Part shown: positions 52,551 to 64,000 of the stretch, in pieces
Position numbering within the stretch: position 1 is the stretch's first letter
Layout of the letters: each line of letters starts with the position of its first letter
From: Eledone cirrhosa
Lineage: Eukaryota
Assembly (NCBI GenBank): GCA_964016885.1
Contig: OZ024742.1
Location: forward strand, 320,230,001-320,294,000
Length of the DNA stretch: 64,000 bases
Direction of reading: 5' to 3'
Translations under genes and position numbers: made by a program
Notes under the pieces: model-generated
What the model was told of the DNA's origin: nothing
The model's database searches: none
Seen by the model: the letters and a program-made list of their open reading frames with translations, nothing else

Positions 52551-52679
52551 CAACAAAAAAAAATGATGTGCTTTGTGCCCTTTCTTAAGGGGTTAATACA
52601 CCGAGCTTCGCATTTTGGTGAGAAACTGGTATTATACTCAATTTATTCATCTCCTATATATATATATATATATATATAT

Positions 52680-53092
52680 AAGCAAAGAGATATTTAATTT
52701 GTTGCTTATTCAACAAATTTATTTATAACAGATTCGAAGCACTCTACAAGTTTTCTGGAGTATAATATCAATGATATTAATAAATGGAAACTATGTTTAT
52801 AAAACCATATTTATTTTATTATATATATTTCAAAGGTACCAACATTCTGGTACGCCCTCATCAGAGAAAATACAAAATTTGTTTTATAAATAGTGACATA
52901 CCCAAGAAACCAAACTATCCAAACTAAACCTGAACCGATAAGGTCTGGTTTCTTGGGTATGTCACCATTTATAAAACTAATTTTGTGTTTTATCTGATGA
53001 GAGCGTACCAAAATTTTGGTACCCTTGAAATATATATAATAAAATAAATATGGTTTTATAAATATAGTTTCCATTTATTAATATCATTGATA
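52680..53092. mobile_element. Fold-back element with hammerheads at 52814-52870 (-) and 52988-53044 (+)
   Basis: Arms ~52767-52911 and ~52946-53092, tail on the left. HHR: ttttat-CTGATGA-gagcgtacc aaaatttt ggtaccctt-GAAA-tatata-TA-ataaaa. Confidence 0.88.
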
Positions 53093-53946
53093 AAAACAAA
53101 TAACGAAACGAAATTAAATTTCGTTTCGTTTGTAACTCACTTTTGTATGACTGACGCTTAAACAATTAAGTTAAAGATGTACATCCATATATGTATACTG
53201 AAATACTAGTATGTATATGAATACACACACGTATACATATGTAGATGTACCAAGTTTTTTTTTTTTTTTTTCTTTTTTAAAGGTGTTTCCTCAAAAACCA
53301 GTATGACTCTAAAAACCGGTTTGTCTGTGTGTTTACATACAGAATAGCTGGCCACTCACAGTAAAGTGACCAGTGAAAAAAACTTGGTACATCTACATAT
53401 GTATACGTGTGTGTATTCATATACATACTAGTATTTCAGTATACATATATGGATGTACATCTTTAACTTAATTGTTTAAGCGTCAGTCATACAAAAGTGA
53501 GTTACAAACGAAACGAAATTTAATTTCGTTTCGTTATTTGTTTTTATCGTCTCCGTTGAACCGGTACTTACTCACACTCTATGCAAATTAGTCTGCCCAC
53601 TACTAATTATCATAGAAAAAGCATATAACGATATGTGCTTTTACGATTCTCTAGAGAGGCCGGAAGATAGGTAAATATTGCTGATGAGTTGTAACAACAA
53701 CGAAACTAGTTCAATATTCCTTGTCTGGCTTTCTGGAGAATAGAGGAAAGGTGTTTCCTCAAAAACCAGTATGACTCTAAAAACCGGTTTGTCTGTGTGT
53801 TTACATACAGAATAGCTGGCCACTCACAGTAAAGTGACCAGTGAAAAAAACTTGGTACATCTACATATGTATACGTGTGTGTATTCATATACATACTAGT
53901 ATTTCAGTATACATATATGGATGTACATCTTTAACTTAATTGTTTA
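53093..53946 (+). mobile_element. Young non-coding PLE-derived or retrozyme-like element: inverted segment plus partial tandem of a 468-bp monomer, 13-bp TSD
   Basis: ~53093-53260 is the reverse complement of ~53376-53544. 53279-53478 is repeated at 53747-53946 (offset 468). TSD aatatcattgata at 53080-53092 and 53947-53959. Confidence 0.88.
53674..53718 (+). ncRNA. Intact minimal type I hammerhead ribozyme
   Basis: aatattg-CTGATGA-gttg taacaa caac-GAAA-ctag-TT-caatatt; perfect 7-bp stem I, palindromic stem III. Confidence 0.9.
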
Positions 53947-54051
53947 AATATCATTGATATATATATATATATATGTATATAATCAAGGTTTAGCAAATAA
54001 TGAAAAAGTTTCAAAATAAATTTTAAAAAATTGACTTTACTTACTATAGTT

Positions 54052-54135
54052 ACCTTTACCGAATCGGTTTCGAATCTCAAAAATAAACGGAGACTATACG
54101 GCCTTCGTTGCAAAGAAAGATTCTCGTCAGAAGGT
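54052..54135 (-). ncRNA. Intact type I hammerhead ribozyme
   Basis: acctt-CTGACGA-gaatct...agattc-GAAA-ccg att cgg-TA-aaggt, in a ~250-bp element between TA runs. Confidence 0.85.
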
Positions 54136-54248
54136 TCTTTTCATTCGAAGAATATAAAATTCTTGAATTTAAATTACGAACTAGCGCTATCCAAAACTGT
54201 TTCCGAGATGAGAGTAAATGAAGTGGAATCAATTTATATATATATATA

Positions 54249-55150
54249 CTAGCAGTGGTACCCGGCGTTGCACAGGATAAGGTATTTTTGAACGCGGGCT
54301 GCCAACAGACTTAATCGTGGGAAAACTGCATGCCTGGACAATATATAAAGAAAATAAACCGAATACTGTGATGGCTGGATAATCTTTAAGATTTTCCTCG
54401 ATGAAGCAGGAAAAATGCAGGTTTTCACCTAATGCGGGCCCTAAGGGATCAAGAAAATGAATTTTTTTAATGTGCATAATATGCCTTGAAATTTCGGGAA
54501 AATCGGCTAGGCGTAACGCCTCAAAAAAGCCCTAAAAAGCTGAAAATATGAAGTTTTTCACCTAATGCGGGCCCTAAGCCATAAAAAAAGTTGGATTTTC
54601 TTTGCTCACGGTATGAAGAAGAGACTGACTAATGCATAGTTACAATTTCAAGGAAATCGGTCTGACGTAACGCCTGAAAAAGTCCCTAAAAACCTGAAAA
54701 ACGCAGTTTTTCACCTAATGCAGGCCCAAGGGGATAAAAAAGTTGAATTTTTGTATGTGCATAAGTAATACATATGTAAAGTTTGAAAAAAGTCGGTTGG
54801 GTACTTCTCGAGTATTAGGGATTCAAACTCAGACACACACAGACAGACATCCTCAGGGAAGTGACATAATGCAGACAGTCAGACATACAGACAGATATTA
54901 TAAGGGCGCGACGTTATATGTATGTATCTATCTAAAAAGAGAAAGACTAAGAATTATAGAGAGAGATCGCTAAATCGCCTAATACGGTCTCTAGGGCATT
55001 CAAAATTTGAAATTATTTTTGCTCAGAACATTCCCTGAAACATAAGTATTACATGTGTAAAGTTTGAAAACAGTCGGTTGGGTGCTTCTCGATTTTTAGG
55101 GATTCAAACTCACACACACACAGAAAGACATCGTCAGTTTTATATATATA
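54249..55150 (-). mobile_element. Non-autonomous Helitron with internal ~135-150-bp tandem subrepeats
   Basis: 3' end ...gtgcaacgccgggtaccactgCTAG|T on the minus strand; 5' tatatataaaactg. ttttcacctaatgc occurs at ~54422, 54555 and 54707. Homologous to 56747-57266. Confidence 0.85.
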
Positions 55151-55153
55151 TAT

Positions 55154-55510
55154 ATATTCATTTATTATGGCTATTGGTGAGCTTAGTTACTTTAAAGTTT
55201 CACCAGCGCACTCACAGGATCACCAGTCTTGTCTGGTGAGTACACAGGTGAGACTCTAGGGTAACATGGCTTAGCCATAAATAATGAATATTTATACTCT
55301 ATTTCGGTATTGACTTTTCATTCTTACGTCCGTCAATAATTCACGTCAATAATCATCCCCACTCCCCATTTATTAATTTGTCAGATTTTATTCCCCCCCA
55401 CCTCCGGCTTTTATTCCACTCCAACCCCCACCTACGTATCAAATTTTGATAATCTATCTCCGGCGAAATATTTTTGTAAATGATTCATATTGATACAACA
55501 GCTGGAGGAT
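55154..55510 (+). mobile_element. Old fold-back element with two degenerate hammerheads; inverted relative at ~57533-57862 (HHR 57761-57807, minus)
   Basis: Arms atattcatttattatggcta / tagccataaataatgaatat. Consensus across the arms is ttgt-CTGATGA-tcctg tgagtacg cagg t-GAAA-ctccagag-TA-acaa. Confidence 0.7.
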
Positions 55511-56746
55511 CTATATCAGTGGCTAAAAGTTTGCTTCGCAATCATAAGGTCCCGGTTTCGATCCCACTGTATGGCATCTTATAGCCTCGATTAAACCCAA
55601 GACTTGTCACTGAAATTTGGCAGGCGGAATATTTGGAAGCCAATCGAATGGACTGTACTTGTAATTCATCATAGCATACTATGTCACGCAGATGAATACA
55701 CGAGCCTGTGAAATTCTCAGCTACTTACATGTTAATTTCATAAGCAGGCTGTTCCGTTAATCAAACAACTGGAACACACATTCCATTTCATTCCACATAA
55801 ATGACACGTATTTAGCTTTGATTTCTAATATGAGCCCATATTTCACATATGATCTGGCTCTAGTACTAACTTTGGGGTCTTCTTCTTCTTCTCCCCCTCT
55901 CTCTCTTACTTGCACCAGACGCAATGTCTTGCAAAGCTAAGAATATACGAGATCGCTGCTTCTTACCAACGAGCCAACGAGGGACCCTTTGCGTGGGTGG
56001 TTGCTCCACATGCTTCAATGAACAGCCAAATGTTTCTCAAATCACACCCTGCTAAATTTCCCACACAGAGCTTTGATCAATCCGAGGCTATGCTAAAAGA
56101 CACCATCTTCCGTTCATGTTTTTTCTCTCTGCAAACATTACCCTACAGATTTCAGGCCACTCTGGCTACTCTAAAATAGCCTGAAAAGCAAAAATCCATA
56201 AACATTTTAAAACGCCGACCTCTTGGAAATCTTGACCCCTCAACGACATCAGCCATTCACAAAAGTAAATAAGTAAATATAATATAATATATATATAAAA
56301 TCTAAACTAATTATATGTATGAGAAACCTGTATAAGCAAGTAGTATTCTATTGTATTGCTTTATTTATTTCGTGGGTGGTGCATTATAAGACTCGTTAGA
56401 GTGTCGGACAAAATCCTTTGTGGTATTTAGGTATGGCTTTCTACGTTCTGAGTTCAAATCTCGCGGAGGACATCTTTGACTTTCATACATCAGATGTTAA
56501 TAAAAAGAATAGTACCAGTTAAGTACTGAGGTCGATATAATCGAATTGTTCCTTTCCCTAGAAATAATTATTTTATTTATTTCTTATACAAATCGAACCC
56601 CCTAAGTAGTCCCATCGAGTACTAGGTGTCAATATCGATTAATCGATTACTTTGATCCTTATAAATTCTATACCAAGGATCCGACATGTGTTAAACTAAC
56701 AAACCCTAAACCAACGAACCCTAAACAGGTATAAAAATAAGACTTA

Positions 56747-56789
56747 TCTATATATATAAAACTGAGGATGTGTGTGTGTGTGTGTGTGT

Positions 56790-56825
<36 letters not shown>

Positions 56826-57266
56826 AGTTTGAATCCCTAATACTCGAGAAGTACTCAACCGATGTTTTTCAAATTTTACATGTGTATTACTTATGTTTCA
56901 GGGAGTGTTATGCACATAAAATTCAACTTTTAGGTGAAAAACTGCGTTTTTTCAGCTTTTTAGGGTTTTTTAGAGGCGTTACGTCAGACTGATTTCTTTG
57001 AAATTGTAACTATCTATTAGTCAGTCTCTTCTTTATACCGTGAGCAAAGAAAATCCAATTTTGTTATGGCCTAGGACCCGCATTAGCTGAAAACCTGCAT
57101 TTTTCCTGCTTCATCGAGGAAAATCTTAAAGATTATCCAGCCATCAGAGTATTCGGTTTATTTTCTTTACATATTGTCCAGGCATGCAATTTTTTCACGA
57201 TTAAGTCTGTTGGTGGCCCGCGTTCCAAAATATCTTATCCTGTGCAACGCCGGGTACCATTGCTAG
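56747..57266 (+). mobile_element. Non-autonomous Helitron (shorter variant of 54249-55150)
   Basis: A|TCtatatatataaaactgag ... cctgtgcaacgccgggtaccattgCTAG|T. Confidence 0.88.
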
Positions 57267-57855
57267 TTATATATAAAACAGAAACTTGTATAAGCAAGTA
57301 TTTTATTTTATTATTTTATATGTTTTTATTTCTTATACAAATGTCAAATCGTTCGGAATGCCGGTTAAATATGCCTTGATATTTGTTTTTGCTCACTGCG
57401 CGCTAAGATCAAATTCGGCCGAGGTCAAATTTGCCAATCATCATTTCGATGTCGATAAATAAAGTACCGGTCCAGAACAGAGACGAGAGAAGATTATATA
57501 ATGTTTTTATAAAGGTAAAATAAAATTATTAGATTCTCCAGCTGTTGTAAAATTTCGCCGAAGATAGATTATCAAAATTTAATAAGCGGGTGGGGGATGG
57601 GGTGGAATAAAAGCCGGAGGTGGGGTAAAATCTGACAAATTAATAAACTGGGGTGGAGATGATTATTCAAGACCTGAGAGTACGTGAATTATTGACGGAC
57701 GTAAGAATGAAAAATCAATACCGAAGTAGAGTTTAAATATTCATTTATTATGGCTAAGCCTTGTTACTCTGGAGTTTCACCTGCGTACTCACAGGAACAT
57801 CAGACAAGAGTGGTGAAACTTTAGCGCAACAAAGCTCACCAATAGCCATAATAAA

Positions 57856-57909
<54 letters not shown>

Positions 57910-58090
57910 ATATGAATAAATTGGATATCATACCAGTTTCTTACCAAATGCGAAGAAGCTTAGTATATTAACTCCTTAGGAAAGGGCACAGAGCATAATT
58001 TTTAAATTATATATATACAATGGCGGCGGAGCTTTAAAATAATCACTGAATCCTTTTATTTTATTGTAGTAGTACAATGGAATTTAACTA

Positions 58091-58168
58091 CAGGATGTCC
58101 CACAAAAATGTATACATATTTCAACATCATTCTAATCAAAGTATTATCCATTTTTTCGGGACACCCTG
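58091..58168. mobile_element. Tc1/mariner-type MITE (78 bp)
   Basis: TA|caggatgtccc ... gggacaccctg|TA. Confidence 0.75.
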
Positions 58169-58344
58169 TATACGTGAAGATAATCGTTAACATGGCAAGG
58201 TGAAAACTGATAACGATCTAAAGTCGAAGACAGATTATACATAAAAAAATGTATTGATTAATTAACATAGTCCAAACTGAAAACCAGCACATTTACTATT
58301 TACTACATACCACTATACACACACCACACCACTATATATATATA

Positions 58345-61300
58345 TCACACCACTACACTACTCTACACACCACTACACTACTCTACACACCACTACACTA
58401 CTCTACACACCACTACACTACACAACACACCACTACACTACACAACACACCACTACACTACTCTACACATCACTACACTACTCTACACACCACTACACTA
58501 CTCTACACACCACTACACTACTCTACACACCACTACACTACACAACACACCACTACACTACACAACACACCACTACACTACTCTACACATCACTCCACTA
58601 CTCTACACACCACTACACTACTCTACACACCACTACACTACTCTACACACCACTACACTACACAACACACCACTACACTACACAACACACCACTACACTA
58701 CTCTACACATCACTCCACTACTCTACACACCACTACACTACTCTACACACCACTACACTACTCTACACACCACTACACTACACAACACACCACTACACTA
58801 CACAACACACCACTACACTACTCTACACATCACTTCACTACTCTACACACCACTACACTACTAAACCACCACTACACTACTCTACACACCACTACACTAC
58901 ACAACACACCACTACACTACACAACACACCACTACACTACTCTACACATCACTCCACTACTCTACACACCACTACACTACTCTACACACCACTACACTAC
59001 TCTACACACCACTACACTACACAACACACCACTACACTACACAACACACCACTACACTACTCTACACATCACTCCACTACTCTACACACCACTACACTAC
59101 TAAACCACCACTACACTACTCTACACACTACTACACTACTCTACACACCACTACACTACTCTACACACCACTCCACTACACGACACACCACTACACTACT
59201 AAACACACCACTACACTACTACACTACTCTACACACCACTACACTACTCTACACACCACTACACTACTCTACACACCACTACACTACTAAACACACCACT
59301 ACACTACTAAACACACCACTACACTACTCTACACACCACTCCACTACTAAACACACCACATCACTACTCTACACACCACTCCACTACTCTACACACCACT
59401 CCACTACTCTACACACCACTCCACTACTCTACACACCACTACACTACTCTACACACCACTACACTACTAAACACACCACTACACTACTCTACACACCACT
59501 ACACTACTCTACACACCACTCCACTACTCTACACACCACTACACTACTCTACACACCACTAGACTACTCTACACACCACTACACTACTCTACACACCACT
59601 ACACTACACAACACACCACTACACTACACAACACACCACTACACTACTCTACACACCACTCCACTACTCTACACACCACTACACTACTCTACACACCACT
59701 CCACTACTCTACACACCACTACACTACTAAACACACCACTACACTACTCTACACAAACACTACACTACTAAACACACCACTAAACTACTCTACACACCAC
59801 TCCACTACTCTACACACCACTACACTACTCTACACACCACTCCACTACTCTACACACCACTCCACTACTCTACACACCACTCCACTACTCTACACACCAC
59901 TACACTACTCCACACACCACTACACTACTCTACACACCACTACACTACTCTACACACCACTACACTACTCCACACACCACTACACTACTCTACACACCAC
60001 TCCACTACTCTACACACCACTACACTACTCTACACACCACTACACTACTCTACACACCACTACACTACTCCACACACCACTACACTACTCTACACACCAC
60101 TCCACTACTCTACACACCACTACACTACTCTACACACCACTACACTACTCTACACACCACTACACTACTCTACACACCACTACACTACTCTACACACCAC
60201 TACACTACTAAACACACCACTACACTACTAAACACACCACTACACTACTCTACACACCACTACACTACTCCACACACAACTACACTACTCTACACACCAC
60301 TACACTACTAAACACACCACTACACTACTCTACACACCACTACACTACTCTACACACCACTCCACTACACACCACTCCACTACTCTACACACCACTACAC
60401 TACTCTACACACCACTACACTACACAACGCACCATTACACTACACAACACACCACTACACTACTCTACACACCACTACAATACTCTACACACCACTACAC
60501 TACTCTACACACCACTACACTACTCTACACACTACTACACTACTCTACACACCACTACACTACTCTACACACCACTCCACTACACGACACACCACTACAC
60601 TACTAAACACACCACTACACTACTACACTACTCTACACACCACTACACTACTCTACACACCACTACACTACTCTACACACCACTACACTACTAAACACAC
60701 CACTACACTACTAAACACACCACTACACTACTCTACACACCACTCCACTACTAAACACACCACATCACTACTCTACACACCACTCCACTACTCTACACAC
60801 CACTCCACTACTCTACACACCACTCCACTACTCTACACACCACTACACTACTCTACACACCACTACACTACTAAACACACCACTACACTACTCTACACAC
60901 CACTACACTACTCTACACACCACTCCACTACTCTACACACCACTACACTACTCTACACACCACTAGACTACTCTACACACCACTACACTACTCTACACAC
61001 CACTACACTACACAACACACCACTACACTACACAACACACCACTACACTACTCTACACACCACTCCACTACTCTACACACCACTACACTACTCTACACAC
61101 CACTCCACTACTCTACACACCACTACACTACTAAACACACCACTACACTACTCTACACAAACACTACACTACTAAACACACCACTAAACTACTCTACACA
61201 CCACTCCACTACTCTACACACCACTACACTACTCTACACACCACTCCACTACTCTACACACCACTCCACTACTCTACACACCACTCCACTACTCTACACA

Positions 61301-62255
61301 CCACTACACTACTCCACACACCACTACACTACTCTACACACCACTACACTACTCTACACACCACTACACTACTCCACACACCACTACACTACTCTACACA
61401 CCACTCCACTACTCTACACACCACTACACTACTCTACACACCACTACACTACTCTACACACCACTACACTACTCCACACACCACTACACTACTCTACACA
61501 CCACTCCACTACTCTACACACCACTACACTACTCTACACACCACTACACTACTCTACACACCACTACACTACTCTACACACCACTACACTACTCTACACA
61601 CCACTACACTACTAAACACACCACTACACTACTAAACACACCACTACACTACTCTACACACCACTACACTACTCCACACACAACTACACTACTCTACACA
61701 CCACTACACTACTAAACACACCACTACACTACTCTACACACCACTACACTACTCTACACACCACTCCACTACACACCACTCCACTACTCTACACACCACT
61801 ACACTACTCTACACACCACTACACTACACAACGCACCATTACACTACACAACACACCACTACACTACTCTACACACCACTACAATACTCTACACACCACT
61901 ACACTACTCTACACACCACTACACTACTAAACACACCACTACACTACTCTACACACCACTACACTACACAACACACCACTACACTACTCTACACACCACT
62001 ACACTACTCCACACACAACTACACTACTCTACACACCACTACACTACTAAACACACCACTACACTACTCTACACACCACTACACTACTCTACACACCACT
62101 CCACTACACACCACTCCACTACTCTACACACCACTACACTACTCTACACACCACTACACTACACAACGCACCATTACACTACACAACACACCACTACACT
62201 ACTCTACACACCACTACAATACTCTACACACCACTACACTACTCTACACACCACT
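58345..62255. repeat. 20-bp satellite, consensus CACTACACTACTCTACACAC, ~195 copies
   Basis: Direct periodicity; 120-bp and 1404-bp higher-order duplications. Confidence 0.97.
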
Positions 62256-62399
62256 TCACATACGACACAGAACATTACCTTCCCCCACACGTCACCACAT
62301 CACAACACGACGCACATACACAATAAACTACACACACATAGACACGTACGCACACAGACGTACGCACACACCCACACACCCACATATACACACATACAC

Positions 62400-64000
62400 A
62401 CAATATTACCCTATTCCTCATCACTACCACCGCTACCACAATATTACCCTATTCCTTACCACCAGCATTACCACCATATTACCCTATTCCTCACCACCAC
62501 CACCACCACCACCACCACCACACTGTTACTCTATTCCTCACCACCACCACTACCACACTGTTACCCTATTCCTCACCACCACCATTACCACACACAATAT
62601 TACCCTATTCCTTACCACCACCACTACCACACTGTTACCCTATTCCTCACCACCACCACTACCACACACACTGTTACCCTATTCCTCACCACCACCATTA
62701 CCACACACAATATTACCCTATTCCTCACTACCACCACTACCACACTGTTACCCTATTCCTCACCACCACCACTACCACACACACTGTTACCCTATTCCTC
62801 ACCACCACCACTACCACACTGTTACCCTATTCCTCACCACCACCACTACCACACTGTTACCCTAATCCTCACCACCACCATTACCACACACAATATTACC
62901 CTATTCCTCACTACCACCACTACCACACTGTTACCCTATTCCTCACCACCACCATTACCACACACAATATTACCCTATTCCTCACTACCACCACTACCAC
63001 ACTGTTACCCTATTCCTCACCACCACCATTACCACACACAATATTACCCTATTCCTCACCACCACCACTACCACACACAATATTACCCTATTCCTCACCA
63101 CCACCACTACCACACTGTTACCCTATTCCTCACCACCACCACTACCACACACAATATTACCCTATTCCTCACCACCACCACTACCACACACAATATTACC
63201 CTATTCCTCACCACCACCACTACCACACTGTTACCCTATTCCTCACCACCACCACTACCACACACAATATTACCCTATTCCTCACCACCACCACTACCAC
63301 ACTGTTACCCTATTCCTCACCACCACCATTACCACACACAATATTACCCTATTCCTCACCACCACCACTACCACACTGTTACCCTATTCCTCACCACCAC
63401 CACTACCACACACAATATTACCCTATTCCTCACTACCACCACTACCACACTGTTACCCTATTCCTCACCACCACCATTACCACACACAATATTACCCTAT
63501 TCCTCACTACCACCACTACCACACTGTTACCCTATTCCTCACCACCACCACTACCACACTGTTACCCTATTCCTCACCACCACCACTACCACACACAATA
63601 TTACCCTATTCCTCACCACCACCACTACCACACTGTTACCCCATTCCTCACCACCACCATTACCACACTGTTACCTTATTCCTCACCACCACCACTACCA
63701 CGCACAATATTACCCTATTCCTCACTACCACCACTACCACACACAATATTACCCTATTCCTCACCACCACCAATACCACACTGTTACCCTATTCCTCACC
63801 ACCACCACTACCACACACAATATTACCCTATTCCTCACCACCACCACTACCACACACAATATTACCCTATTCCTCACCACCACCACTACCACACACACTG
63901 TTACCCTATTCCTCACCACCACCACCACTACCACACACACTGTTACCCTATTCCTCACTACCACCACTACCACACACAATATTACCCTATTCCTCACTAC
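62400..64000. repeat. 35/39-bp minisatellite (TTACCCTATTCCTCACCACCACCACTACCACAC-TG or -ACAATA), runs off the window
   Basis: Directly visible; the two length variants are interleaved. Confidence 0.96.

Noticed and set aside
56701-56725. Telomere-like aaaccctaaa motifs
   Set aside because: Only two isolated copies, with no tandem TTAGGG array.
52560-58010. One large inverted segmental duplication
   Set aside because: The paired repeats are not in mirror order and the intervening unique sequence does not match.

Overview
Repeat-dominated, AT-rich animal genomic DNA with no supportable intact host gene. The SINE families, long (TA)n/(CA)n/(GA)n tracts and GGT/GAT/GTT simple repeats resemble an octopus genome (inference). 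About 35 kb is four tandem arrays: a 26-bp satellite at 10.3-22.8 kb, an ~87-bp trinucleotide-built satellite at 26.1-43.5 kb that produces the giant ORFs, a 20-bp satellite at 58.3-62.3 kb, and a 35/39-bp satellite from 62.4 kb. The rest is transposon debris: two decayed RTE LINEs, a 5'-truncated Penelope-like element (PLE; RT + GIY-YIG, inverted pseudo-LTR), three non-autonomous Helitrons, a Helitron helicase relic, MITEs, SINEs and an 18S rRNA fragment. The main signal is about 20 type I hammerhead ribozyme (HHR) motifs from at least 12 sequence families. Most lie in short non-coding fold-back elements (two arms plus a one-sided tail) inserted in (TA)n tracts. Several families share a hairpin motif in the tail. 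One family has a compensatory U3-A8 core. Another occurs both as a 468-bp-monomer partial tandem and as a 25-bp termini-only insertion, each with a 13-bp TSD.
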